Below are positions 13,136 to 26,270 of a stretch of 64,000 nucleotides of DNA, one piece after another. The number at the start of each line of letters is the position of its first letter. Within the stretch, counting starts at the first letter, position 1. The translations under genes and the position numbers were made by a program. The notes under the pieces are model-generated. The model worked only from the letters and a program-made list of their open reading frames with translations, was not told the origin of the DNA and made no database searches. Source of the stretch: the human T2T-CHM13v2.0 reference genome, Homo sapiens. The DNA lies in assembly GCF_009914755.1 (NCBI RefSeq), contig NC_060927.1. One strand, 5' to 3'.

Positions 13136-14499
13136 ACTGTAGAAAAGAAATAACAATGTGTGTGTGGAATGAATTAATGAAAAAACTAGCTGTCAGGAAT
13201 GATGTTGTTTAGAGGAAGAAGAACTGAACTAATAGTGTGAAGATTTTTCTAGTCTAGAATCGGTTACTAATTCACTACAAATCCTTGAGAAAGTAATTTT
13301 CTTTCAGAGTTTTATTTTATGGAAAAATGAGGTGGTTGGACAAAATATTCTCAAATTTCACTTTTTATAAAGCTTTCTTCTTAGTATCTTTCCCCCTCCA
13401 GGATGTACTTTGTTGGTATGTTGTGTGATTAGAAGAGAGAAAGAAGAAGGAGGGAAGTTGTATGTACTTGGTATGTGAATTCAACCTGAAGATACCCAGT
13501 AATATCTGTGGGTAACATTGATGATAAGCTTTTATTTCAATTACTTTTTCCTGCTGTGAAGCATAAATAAAAATTTTTATTACACTGTTTTCTGTCATTT
13601 TATAAGTAAGAAAGAAGTGAGCAAAGGAGAGAAATGTTGCTTACCAACTTACATTCCTCAATTCATTTTTAAAACAATTATCATGGTTCCTAAAATGGTA
13701 TTTCTGACAGAAAATGGACTAGAAAAAATATATTCCTACCCATAAAACTTAAAAATGAGAACAAAGACCTTGTCTGTTTTGTTATATGGTTTCCTCTGTG
13801 CCGGATATGTATTGGTTGCTCAGTGAATATTTGTTGAATGAAGTATCTGTTCACCGTTCTATTCATAGGTATCAAGAAGACCACAGCTCAGGGTGGATAT
13901 GAGATGCAGAAGAATCTCATTAATTTCATCTTCAGTATTTCAAAATATTTTGACATGGGCTGGACAGAGTATTTATAACTAAAGGATTTATTAAGCTTAG
14001 CTGCTCTTGAAATTCCAGAAGGCAAGTTTAGGAACAATCAAGGAAAAAATTCAATTTTTCTTTTTAAAAGTACCTATTTACTTATAAGTGATCAATGTGT
14101 TAATTACATTTGTTTTAAACCTATTCACTGAGGTAATCACCGTAAAGAATTGTGTTATTACACTCTTTGAAACCTGTTTCTGTATGAGAGGCTAATGTAT
14201 TTTTCTTTCAGCAAGGTATTCAGTTGAAACTCCTGATTTGAATATAAGACATTAAAGTATGGGTATTTTCTTTATAAATGCGTTTTCCCCTAAAGTATGT
14301 TTTCAAATCACCAACAGAAATAGCTATTTCACATGTACAGAATGCTATATGTTTAAGTGTTTGATTGAATATAAGGATTAATGAGTCACTGTATCTGGTT
14401 TCAAACAGCATATAATCTAATAAAGTTAATGAGAGATATAGCGAAGGATAAAATATACCATATGTATGCCATGACAAATATTACTCTTTTCATGTATAG

Positions 14500-15080
14500 A
14501 AGGCTGGATGAGGGAAGCATGGGATCTCTTTCTTAGCATGGTAATCAGAGAAGTTGTCACAAAAAAAGATAGCATATAACCTTGTCCTTAAAAGATGGAT
14601 ATAGTTTTAATAAGCGAAAAGGAAGAGGAAGACATTTCTGGTAGTAAGAATTGCCTGGGAAGAGCAGAGAATCTGGCTGGCATGGAGCATGCATGAGGAA
14701 CAAGGTCATGTATTTAGTGGGAGCATAAAGTAGGCGACTCAGCAGCAAAGGCCAGAGCCAGATTCTAGGACATTCTGAAAGCCAGATTAAGAGTATTGAC
14801 TTTCATTCTGTACTCAATGAGCATCCAGTGAAAATGGACTATAGAATGGAGAGACTAGAAGCAGGACATTAAGTTACAATGTTGTATAACTCAGTTATGA
14901 GTTGTGACAAAATTATGGTGATGGTAGTCTAAATAGAAGAATGATGAAGGAAGACAATTTGAAAAGAATCACTGTAGTTTAGAAACCATTCTTTCTGGAA
15001 AATAATGCAAAAAAAAAAAAGGAGTGGAAAAACAAACCCAAGTTACTGAGAAAATGATGCTGACAGAAAAGACAGGTCAG
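14500..15080 (-). mobile_element. L2 fragment
   Basis: 'gagccagattctaggacattctgaaagccagattaagagtattgactttcattctg' and similar motifs. Confidence 0.65.
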
Positions 15081-15255
15081 GAGGGGAAGTGGATTCACCA
15101 TGATGATGATAATGCTGTTTTGTTGTTTTGTTTTTGAGGGTGTCTTTTCCCCAAGCTTTGGTTTAATAATTCCAAATTCCTCTTTAGCAAACTTTATGCT
15201 TTAGATTTTACTGCAGTTGCATGTAAATTTCACATGCGTTGTTTTTTAAAAATTG

Positions 15256-15461
15256 ATGTATATATATATATCATGTATATATGTATATATGCGTATATAT
15301 ACATATATGTATATATGCATATATACATATATGTATATATGCATATATACATATATGTATATATGCGTATATGTGTATATATGTGTATATATGTATGTGT
15401 GTATATATGTGTATAAATGTGTATACATATATATATATATGATGTGTATATATATGTATAT
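15256..15461. repeat. (TA)n/(TG)n compound microsatellite with a 24-bp higher-order unit, in an L1 tail
   Basis: Alternating purine-pyrimidine tract; unit GCATATATACATATATGTATATAT present in about 3 copies. Confidence 0.95.
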
Positions 15462-15700
15462 AGTTATACATATTTGGGGGTACATGTGATATTTTGATAC
15501 ATGTATACAATGTGTAATGATCAAATGAGGGCAGTTATCATATTTATTGCCTAAAACATTTATCTCTTCTTTGTACTGGGAACATTATAATTCTTCTCTT
15601 CTAGCTATTTTGAAATATACAACAAATTATTATTAACTATAATTTCCATACTGTACTATTGAATACTAGAACTTATTATTTCTATGTAAGTATATTTTTA
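15462..15700 (-). mobile_element. L1MA-type 3' end
   Basis: 'ggggtacatgtgatattttgatacatgtatacaatgtgtaatgatcaaat...ctagctattttgaaatatacaacaaattattattaactata'. Confidence 0.85.
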
Positions 15701-16879
15701 TTTATTTTTAAAATATTTATTCTCAACATGCTGAATTTCAGATAAATAACAGAGAGTCAATAAAATTATGGCCAAGTAGAGGTTGAATTCGAGTTCAAAG
15801 TTCAGGAATAGGTTTCCAGCTGGTTATGCCAATTTTTTGAGATTTCTGATGACGTGCTCATTATCACAGCCTCAGGACCAATTACACAATGCATGTGAGT
15901 ATTTATCTTGCTAGAGAAATATCTCTAATTGAGAACCTGATCCCCCCACCCCTTATATCTACCACTACCTCGCTCATTTGGGTCACCAGGTTTAGCCTAA
16001 ATTAGTTGAAAATACTGTAAACCCAAATTAATACATCATAATTCAGCAGTTTAAATTAAGGTATCAGTGCAACATTTGAAAAGTAAACTTGTAATTAATA
16101 TATTCATTGATGTAAGAGTAATCTGGGACTCTGAATGTCTACCTGTGTCTAATGGCAGCCCAGTTATACCCAGTTGACCCATAAAACAAAAATGTCATGG
16201 TTCCTTTTTCAAAGCATTTTGAAGCTACAGCAGAGATTTAGTTTCTGTCACTGTTATTTCAGCCTCTTAGCTCTATTGGAAATAATACTGCTCTTTTTAG
16301 TGGAAGGGGCTGACTTAGTTGCCTGGGGTCCTCAGGCTGCAGGGTGGATTCTTGCCCTCCGTATTGACCATTAATATGCTCAGGGTCCTTTAGGTAGTGG
16401 GAAATTATTTCCTTTCTTCCCATTAAGCCTGGGATGTCATGAGGAAGCATCAAAACACTTATTTTCATCTTTGGATTTAGAAAGTACTAAATCAATTTAA
16501 TGCGGATTTCCTCCTAAAAAGCAGACAGGTGAATTAGAGAGACAAATGAAAAACAGTTATAAGCCATTCACGTATCCTTTTCAGAGATTTTTATCACAGG
16601 CCTCCGAAATGTCTATTAAGAATTTAAACCTTTGTTGACTCCATTTAGCCAGCAGTCTGGAAAATGCCAGTGATAAGTACTATTCCTTGAGGAGTTCAGC
16701 ATCTATTCTTCTTCTCTTCCTTGATAATTCCAGAAATACCATGAAAGGGGTAATAATACCGACAGTAATGAGTGTGCCTTGGGAAATCACTAAACTATAA
16801 AATTCACAGGAAAGCACATTTCATATCTTTAAATACATTCCATTGCCTCTGCTAGGTTCAAGCTCAGAGAATTTCAAAA

Positions 16880-16910
16880 TGCAATCACTGCTCTGGCCAG
16901 TTGAGGGCGG
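16880..16910 (+). promoter_or_regulatory. Candidate CTCF site (core plus upstream module), forward orientation
   Basis: TGCAATCAC-TGCTC-TGG-CCAGTTGAGGGCGG; the core has one mismatch to CCASYAGRKGGCRS. Confidence 0.55.
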
Positions 16911-16975
16911 AATTGCCCTTCTTTTTGCACATACATCGTGCTTATGCGTTTGGAAAAGAGGAACCATCAAACCAT

Positions 16976-16994
16976 CTGCCGAAAGGGGGCACTC
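16976..16994 (+). promoter_or_regulatory. Second candidate CTCF core, forward orientation
   Basis: CTGCCGAAAGGGGGCACTC retains the CC and AGGGGGCAC parts of the core. Confidence 0.45.
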
Positions 16995-18069
16995 AGCTAA
17001 GGAAGGAAAATGAGAATGGACAGGCAAATTGGAAAGCTGCAGCACAAAGCGACCCCAGTTTCGTGAAGTATGGGAAAAAAAAAAAAAGACATTTCATGCA
17101 TAAAACTCAAGAGCTGTATCTGATGGAATACATTATGCTTACAGAACAAACAGGTGACTTTCTGATTTTGTCAATTTGTGTGGGTTGGTTTAATTAACCT
17201 TTTCTTTGGTAATTTTTAATACCTAGCTAATTTCTGCAAATCCATGTCAATTAAAAAAGGAAAGCCTAGAAGGCTGACTTAGAGTTTCTCAGCCTAATAG
17301 TACATTGAGAGGGATTGCAGTAGATTTTGTAATTAATTTCTCATCACAGTTTAGGTATGAAATAATGTGAAAGAAAATGGATAGTGTATGGTGGGACTAC
17401 TACCTATTTTCTCTCACTATGAATGTATACCCTGATCATTAATAATTCAAAACCAGCAACTTTGCAGATCTCATCAAATAACTTTGTAATGTAACACACC
17501 TAAAATATTTATTTGCCGGACTCCTTTTTTATGGAGGAGTCAAAGATTATTTGGAGGATGTCAGTATTTACCTGCTACACCCATGACTTCCTCCATTTTC
17601 AAATTCAACTACACACTGCCATCTGGAGCAACTTGGGCTTGATAAAAATCACCTCTGCTACTGGAAACTATGCATTTCTATAGTGCTGCTTCCTCTTGAT
17701 TTTTTTCTTTCACTGCTTTTTGAAAGTTCATCATATGGCCATTGAATCATAAAGTGAACATATAACTGGATCACAGTCTTTCTCCCGAGATTTATATGCT
17801 TAATTTATTTTGTAACCCTCTAGATAAGTCCTTTCACTAAAGCGGCCGTGGATCTTAGGGCCCTCTCTTATTGAACGAAGCAATAGTGCCCAAGAAATTC
17901 TTGCACATCTCAAAGTGCAGGAGGGGGAAATGCCCATAAAGAGACCAATTCATCAACATTATAGACGTGAGACCAGAAGTGAGATTACAGACAACTCAAT
18001 TTATACTCTATCACCATACTAATCTTGTTAAAGCGTAGATTGATTCAAGGAGCTATCCTCCCCATTATA

Positions 18070-18598
18070 TATAGACTCAAACCCATCTTCTTTGGCCTGA
18101 TATTGACAGCCCTCTTTGAATTCACACCAGCCAGCTCTCCCACCCTTCTTCCTGCTGCCCTTGAGCTCCAGTCAAACTGAGCCACGGAAGTTCAGCATTC
18201 ACGTTTAAATCCCTTCACCCTGACCAGGGCCCTCTCTCTAGAATTCAACTGACATGAAGAGTGACCAGATTTAGTAAAAGCAGTTTACCTCCCTAATTCC
18301 ACATATCTATGTGCATCCTTGCTGCCCCAACCTAAATAGAGCTCTGCCATAAAGCCTTCCTCAATGTCATTCGGATACTCTGTACACCTTCTCAGAAGGC
18401 ATTGCCTCTAGCCTCTCTTACGACACTTCTTTCTACCTCAAAATGTAGTTATTTATAGACATATATTTTCTACCAGACATAAGATGATTGAAAGTAGAAT
18501 CCATATCTGATACATCCTTTTATCCCCCAAAATATTTAGTGCAATATCCAGCACACATATGCACTCAATAAATATTTATTAATTAACAAATGAATGAA
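18070..18598 (+). mobile_element. L2 fragment including the 3' end
   Basis: Ends 'ccagcacacatatgcactcaataaatatttattaattaacaaatgaatgaa'. Confidence 0.7.
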
Positions 18599-19862
18599 TT
18601 TAAAGTTTATGGTAAACCAAAGTTATCTACAAAGATGTCTAATAAACCTAATGATATTCAAGTAATTTTCCCTTACAAAAATTAACTATAAGTCAACCCT
18701 CTAAACCCAGAAGAGTTATCACCTTGCTGAAGAGCAGTTGCTTAGTCCAATGGGTAGTATCTTATGTGGCTATTTTGAAAGGAGAGGGTACAAAAAATTA
18801 TGAAAAGCCTAAGTCCATTTACAGGAAATCCTCATTCTTTTTGAAAAAAAATTATGGAAAACATTTTTGAAATACTATCTGGTTCCCAGAAATCTGAACA
18901 CAACTGCAGTCTCCAACCATAAAAATAGCAATAGTTATCTACCTGAAATTGCCATCCTTCAGTCCCTGTGCTTGATTTTGATAGATTCCTCTGCATGGAA
19001 TTCATGGATTTCTAGTGAAGTGTAGAGCTAGAACCCCAAGGAAGCAAATTGAGATTCTATAACATTTAAGCCACATCTATATTTTACACTAGCATTACAC
19101 TAATATTATATACAATTATGTTTATATTAAATATTTATAATGAAGATAAGTTTCAGCTTTTCAGTAGGATTTGAGATTTGAAATACTCCAACTTTGCAAT
19201 AAGAAACAGGTAAAAAAAAACAGAAACAACTAAAAAGCAAATTTTTATTTGGCAATAATGTTGAGGAATAATAGTTTTTTAAGCATCCTTTCGTACTTTA
19301 CGAAGAATTTAATATGTATTTACTCTCACCATCTACCCTCTTATTAGCCAAATATGTAGTTTTTTTAGTTTCTCTATAATCTTCAAAGCAGATGCATATT
19401 TAAGCACCTTAAAAGCAAACAATCCACCTTGATCATGCAATAGTTGTTTTGGGCATTGTGAGAGGTTGAACAGATATGCAAGATATCACATCAGCCCTCT
19501 TCAACTAGATGGAAAGACAATTTCACCACGGAGACAAATTAGTAAACGTTTATGCCAATATATCATTAAAAATTAAATAAATGGCATAGATCAATGTGTA
19601 CTCAGGAAAGGAAGAACCGATGATGATATAAAAGTTTTTAAAAAATTGATTGGAATTTCACCTGAGTCAAGACGGATCTGAGTAAGCTAGGATAGGGTAA
19701 ACATGGAATATTTATAAAATAAGGGCAATTAAACAATGTTAAGATTGAAAGTGTCATATTTATTGGATGGTAGAAAAACTGCTATATGTTTAGCATTTAT
19801 TGAGCATTTACAATGTCCCAGGCATCATACTAAGTATCTACTTAAACAGATCATATTAATAA

Positions 19863-20038
19863 TAGTGACTCTAAAGTATGGTCCCTGAGCAAGCTTGGAA
19901 ACTTACTAAAAATATAATACAAATTATTGGATCCCACACCAGACTTACTAAATCAGCAATTCTGGGAGTGGGTCCAAGGAATCTGTACTTTATCAAGCCT
20001 ACCAGGTAATTTGAATGCTCACTAAGTTTTTAGCACTG
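19863..20038 (+). mobile_element. MER5A (hAT-Charlie MITE)
   Basis: 'ccagacttactaaatcagcaattctgggagtgggtccaaggaatctgtactttatcaagcctaccaggtaatt' is colinear with MER5A; degenerate TIRs. Confidence 0.85.
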
Positions 20039-21089
20039 CTATATTAAAGGGAAGAAGGAAATAACCTAGATCAGGGGATGCAAGACCTAGATTTTCAACC
20101 AGTAGAATTACATTAGATGCATTAGAAACAGGAAGTTACAGACATATTTTAATAAACCAGTGGCATCAAGAAAGTGATGTTTATTTAGTTCTGGTTGCTC
20201 AGAAGAAATAGTAACAGAGGCTAAGTGTCTGAAAAGAATTATTTATGAAGATGTCCAAAATCTTTATGAAAGTTCCTTTAAGCCATACAGCATCTGGAAA
20301 ATAGGCAAAAAGGTATAATGAAACAATTCCATCTTTTGGGAAAAATAACTGAGTCTTCTCAAAGAAGATTTAATAAGAGACCTATCTAATTTCTCCTCTC
20401 TGACTATGTGCTATCGGCTTTCTCTAGAGCCTAATTCATCAGAGTGAAGAACCCTGCAATTTCCTAGAAATATTTGGTAGACTTTCTAGCCCTGTTTTTA
20501 GTGTGCTTAATTTTTTTATATCCACTTGAGCTACTAATACGAGGAAAAAGAACTTAAATTACACTGTCTTGATTTTACATATTTTTATTTTAAAATGAAA
20601 TATTAAAATGAATAAAAGTATGACAGCTACTTATTGCAAATATAACTTCCTTCCTTATTATACATATATTATCATATATATTATATATAGGCTTATAAAG
20701 TGTTTTGCACTTTGAAATTCTCTGAGGAAAGATGAAGCTCTACCCTCTACCTAGGTGCCAGCAGTACTAGGGCTAGCAAGGAAACCCCTTTAAAAAGCCC
20801 CAAAAGGATGGGTGATTATTGGTTATTTCAGGTTGGAAGAAAAGGCAGGATTAAAAGCTAAGCGTTGCATGAACCTGTTAAATCAAAGGCAACCACAGAT
20901 GGATAGTTACAAGTACACAATTGTCTGCAGTACCTGGCAAACTTTGTTAGGCCAGAGCTATCTGAAGAAGCCTCTGCCTCTTAGCCTTTTCCAGAAGAGA
21001 TTTACCAGATCATGAAGGTCTATGGGGTGGGAATTGTTTATTCTCTAGAAGCCTGTATTGTCTGATACTTCAGTCTAAATTACAAATTG

Positions 21090-21832
21090 TAGTCAATTCT
21101 AATTATTTGTGAATCCCATTATTTGCGAATCCCATTATTTGCATACTCTCCTACTTGCTAAAATCTATCCATTCTTCCCAAAACTTGGGATCATCAATAG
21201 ATGTACTTCCCAGCTTGGGAAGTGTTTGTACTTCCCAAAACTTGCCATGTTTTCATAGTCATCTGTGGACACACTCGGATTGGTAAAAAATGTGAGTTGC
21301 CTGAGCACATGAGCATTCCCACCTGAGGTGCCTCTTTGATCCAGTTCTTAAATTGAAAATAAGTATCCCTTTGTGGTCTGTTTAGTGCCTTTTTTTCACT
21401 TGTGTGTGTGTGCGTGTGCATGTGCACGTGGGTGTGCATGTGCACGTGTGTGTGTGTTGAGTGTTTTTTGGTGGTGATTTTACTGCTTAAAATGGCCCCC
21501 AAGTACGCTGAAGTGCTGTCTAGAGTTCCTAAGCATAAGAAGACTGTGCTGTGCCTTATGGAGAAAGTACATGTGTTAGATAAGCTTCCAAAGGGCATGA
21601 CTTACAGCACTGTTGGTGGGAGTTCAATGTTAATGAATCAACAGTATATAGTCAATAACATGTCTTTAAACAGAAAAACACATGAAACACGGTTATGTGT
21701 CAATCAGCTGACAAAAATGTTGTGACCAGAGGCTTCCGGGAACCTATCCCTGTATTAACCCTGGGAGCAATGATTCAGTATTCACTAATTCAGTGAATGT
21801 GACTTTATGGAACCTAAGCATTAAAAATTGAC
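21090..21832 (-). mobile_element. MER82 (TcMar-Tigger non-autonomous element)
   Basis: Colinear with the MER82 consensus ('aaaatggcccccaag', 'gaagtgctgtctagagttcctaagc', 'tgttgtgaccagaggct', 'gagcaatgattcagtattcactaattcagtg'); retains transposase N-terminal codons. Confidence 0.85.
21401..21456. repeat. (TG)n-like tract with an 18-bp tandem unit, inside MER82
   Basis: GTGTGCATGTGCACGTGG / GTGTGCATGTGCACGTGT at 21414-21449. Confidence 0.9.
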
Positions 21833-24769
21833 ATTTTGGTATGATTGGGATAGTCTTGGAAGCTCAAATTGTGATTTCAAACATGCGTTTCTGTATATAA
21901 TTCACATCTTAATACCTCAACTAAATATTAGTAGAGAGGAACCCCTGGGGGTTTTCTGATTAGAAAAGAAACAAAGCTTTAATATGTCACTGCCTAGAAG
22001 GTAAAATAGACTTTATTATGTTAAGGAATTATCACTCATAGGTCGGTTGAGACCCTTGGCATCACAGTAAATATCAGAGGTGCACCTTAAATATTTTCTG
22101 ACATTCACCAAACAGCATACTTTAGCTCGTTTTTGTACATAAGAAATTTGGAGAAATGTAAGTAAAGCCCCAACTGAGTAAGTGCAATAGCCAGAGACAA
22201 ATTCAGCATGATTCTACATCAAACATACATAAAGTCCCCCTTAGTTGCATCCTCATCAGCATTTGAGCAAAATAGAGCATGGCAGGCATGAAGGAGAAGG
22301 GAACAGGCCCATACCCCACAACCGATGCACTACCTACAATTGTAAGGCTTCTCAAAGCTGACCAAAGTAAGTGGATTGAAAAGCTTGAGGGCCACAAGGA
22401 AAAGGACAATAAACAAAAACAAAATAAAATGGTGAACTTGTGTCTGTGCTATAGATCAATCTTTCATGACAAGACATTTCAAAAAGGCCATGTAATCCTT
22501 CCTCCTGCCTTACTTTCTTTAAATATGTGAGAGTATTAAAATCCAAATCAGTTCCCAATAACATCTCTGTCTCCATACTCGAGACTTTGCAAAAGTCTGG
22601 GGAACTGGAAATCAGTGAGACAGGTTTCTGTCCGTGTGTAGAGTGTGCGTGCATGCATCTCTCCCTTTCTGTCATGTGCGCACACACAAACACACACAAA
22701 CATACACTGCAGAGCATCTTTGCCATCAGAACTGCAGACTAGCATCATGACATTAAGAATCTGGCTCAGTTAATACCGTAAGCTAGAGCATGTGCATAGA
22801 ATGCTGTTGCCTTTTCTGCTTTACTAATGAAAAGAAACTGGTAGAATAAATTAAGTCATAAAATCAGAGGGCTCCCGCACATTAGGAGAGTAAAGGATGG
22901 TGGTGAGAGGGGAGGCAGGGTTAATGATATTCTGCCTCCTATTCCCCCATTCAGCATTAAGGAGGCTGAGACAAAAGGACCTTAGGGCTCATTCCATCTA
23001 TTGATGATCCAGTGTCAGGGGGATTAGAAGAGTGACATAGTAAGTATACAAGGCTTTAGGCATCTATTTAGCCTTCCAGGTCATTTTGTTTTGGGCTGAA
23101 ACCCTTTGAATGAAAATAGTTTTTGAAATGATTAAAGAGAGTAATTTCCTAAAGAAAATGTGTCTTCTCACTACATTGCTAGACTATGTTACCTACCCTA
23201 TTCACATCCAGTGAGTCACTAGAATTTTACAGGCCAGAAAGTTAACCAACCAGTGAGTAGTAAGACACTAGGAGGAATTCCTGAGAGGTAGTGACACCCA
23301 GTGTGAATTCCAGTGTCTAAAGAACAGCTGCTGCTCTCTGAGACACAGTAAGGGAGCCCTATAAATGGACAGAACACTGCAGTCGGAGAGTAATTTGGCT
23401 CTACAGGAGGTGGAAGTACCACCCTCATTGGAAAAAAATGATAGCAAAAAAGGCAGTCCCCACAGTGGCCCAGGGAGAGCGAGGCCTTTGAGGTGTCAGA
23501 TAAAGGGAAGAGTCAGCTCATTAGATGGAGTGTGGGGAGAGACCAAGCCCCGCTGGAATGCGGCGGAAGCCATTGGACCCCTGGAGGGGAAGATAGGCTG
23601 CCTCTTGGGGCCACCCTGGATTATTAATAGGAACGTGCCCCATCGAAAAACTTGACCTCCTCGGTCTGTTTCAGAACTTAGGCCTGTGTTTTTCAAGCAA
23701 CAGCAACAGATCAGAATTTGGAGAAAGGGAGTGCTGAAAAGCGTCCTTGAGATAAGATTTAAAGCCAATGTCTTGAAGGCTTTCAACAACGACAAAGGAA
23801 CAAAGAAAATGACAGAAGCGGGGTTTCCTTCTACTCCACAAACTACCTCTCCTTTTTCAGGAAATTATCACTCTGTAGAGGGGATGTCTTTTGAGAATAC
23901 ATTACTGATATTTCCAAAATTAGAGGTGTTCTTGGCTGACAGGAAAAGCAATACAACAGAAAAGAACTAAGAAGCTAATATTGGAGATGAATTTTTGAAT
24001 TATATTTTACATTCAGAGCATCTCTAATTTCATATCAGGGGTCTCTTCACTTCTATATTTTAAATATGAGTTCTTATAAATACAAAAAGCTTACAAATGC
24101 ACATGTTCACATAGGTGGTTTCCTGTACATTTTATGCAGTAGTTAAAACAGATATAAATTTAATCCTCAAGGAGCTTGTAGATTCTCATTACTATAATTT
24201 ACATAATAAATCTTGTTTTATAAAAAGTAAATCTGTATATATATATGTATATGTGTATATATACACACACACACACAGAGACATATGAGATCTATCATGA
24301 CAGCTGTTTTGGCTTTTAAGTAAAAAAAAAAAATAAAATGATAAACATTGTTCTTTAGTCATATAGAGTTGATTTCATGGATAATGCCTAATTTATAAAG
24401 GGCTTTTCAAGATAAATTAAAAAACAAAGAATTTCCAGGTCTAAAGGAGCAAGTAATAAATAAAGGAGATACAAGTGACTGTGAATATCAAAGGGCATGT
24501 GATGAGTAGGCAGAGAAGAGGACGAATAGGATGCAATGGTTGGATGGTGCAGTCTCCTGTGAGGGGTTTTGAAGGTAAGGACAAGGAAATTGCTCTTAAC
24601 ACATTAGAAACTGGAAACTCATCATTACTTTTTAAAAGGGCAAAGATAGTTGCAGTACTCTATGAACAAAGTGGTGAATAAAAAGGAAATTGTTGACTAC
24701 AGTGTTCAAAACAGCAGAAGGTTTAGAATTTAAACTGTAATATGTGGATATAAACCAATATATTTTTGT

Positions 24770-24940
24770 AGAGCTGTAAGGGACTTTGTCCTCATCTAGT
24801 CTAGAGGATTTATGTTACAGATTAAGATATAGGGCCCAGAGGAGTAATTGTTTAGTGTGGGGTCAGAAATCTAGCTACAGACAGAGGCAAGACTAGAACC
24901 CACATTTCCTGATTTGTAGACTTGAGCTTTCCCCTATATA
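24770..24940 (-). mobile_element. MIR/MIR3 fragment
   Basis: 'agagctgtaagggacttt...catctagtct...ttacagattaagata...ggcccagagg...caagactagaaccc'. Confidence 0.7.
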
Positions 24941-25374
24941 AAATACTATAAGATACTACAAAATATTTTACAACCATAGAACTTTTTCTATTAAAAAAAA
25001 GTCTACACAGAAATCCAAGGTGTCACACAGATGATACCTTGCTTTGGTTAAAGGGGAGAGGTGAGTATGAAGGCATGAGGGGGAGTCTGAAGGAGAAGTG
25101 AAGCCCCCTCAACCACTCTGTCTCTTTCAGGAGCCCTCAGAGGGCTCCGAAATCTCCAAGACAATTGAAAATCCCTGACTAAAAGGCCTTTACTGTCTTC
25201 TGTCCAAGTGAAAAATAAACCAGAATACATTAAATAACAACAGCTTCTAAAAAGTATACCGCCTTTGAGAAAATAAAATTGTGTGAACAATAAAGTAACA
25301 CTGTATCTTCTTAAGAAAAAAAGTAATGTGCAAACGTCATCTTTTTCATTGTTTGAATTTTCAATTAGTTGGTT

Positions 25375-25770
25375 GTATTCAATCATTCACTTATTCTGCT
25401 GATTCGACGAACATATATTTAGTACGTATTATGTGCCTGACCTTGGATCAGGTACCTGAAAATCAAAGTCAAATAAGAGGCAGTCTTGCCATCAGGAGTG
25501 TTTCAGTGAAACACGACCATAATGCAGGGTGTTTGGGAATGGACTAGAGGTCAAGAGGGTGTTATGTTAACACAGAGGAAAGGAATTCAAGTCTGGGAAA
25601 GCTTTCTGGAGAAAGTGATGCTTACATAGGAAGTTGTTAAAGCATATAAGGTAAAATCAGTTGATTAAGAAAGGAAGGGGCACATTCCAGAAAATTAGGA
25701 CAGCAAGTGCCAAGATGTGGAGGTAAGGGCCCAGTGCATTTGGGGAGCTTGTGCATGTTGGGGAGTTTGG
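25375..25770 (-). mobile_element. L2 3' end
   Basis: Begins 'attcaatcattcac...aacatatatttagtacgtattatgtgcc'; contains 'tctgggaaagctttctggagaaagtgatgctt'. Confidence 0.7.
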
Positions 25771-25994
25771 AGCCCGTGTAGTGACCTGGAATACAGTAGG
25801 TGGGCATTGAAACTTTCGTGAATAAATTGATTAATGATATGTAACTATAAAGTTAAGTTTGAGAGTGTAGTTATAGAGTTAATTTGAGAGTATCTCAATT
25901 CAGTTTCCTTCCTGCAAAAAGAGAGATAATAATTGCACCTATATACCAATTGTTCTGAGAGAACTTTGGCCAGATTCCCCTTTTATACAACCTT

Positions 25995-26270
25995 CCTCTA
26001 GTAATGATAAATGCAAATTAAAACTACAAGGTGATACTATTTTTCATTTATCAGATTGGCAAAAATCAAGACTTTTATGTGAACAAAGAGGTGAGTACAT
26101 TACTGGTATGAAGATAAATTGTACAGCCTCTATGGAAGGTAACCTGACAATATTTTTCTGATATTTAAAACCATAGAAAGCCTTGGACAGAGCAATTCCT
26201 CTTAAGAATTTATCCCATAGACACACTCAGATATGTAACAATGACATATGTCTCAGCCTGTTACATTGGT
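25995..26270 (+). mobile_element. L1ME-type fragment (end of ORF2)
   Basis: 'aaatgcaaattaaaactacaaggtgatact...atcagattggcaaaaat...agcaattcctcttaagaatttatccc'. Confidence 0.75.

Noticed and set aside
22352-22726. Peptide YLKKVRQEEGLHGLF resembling a mitochondrial-carrier motif
   Set aside because: The similarity is short, with no PX[DE]XX[KR] signature, transmembrane context or supporting splice sites.
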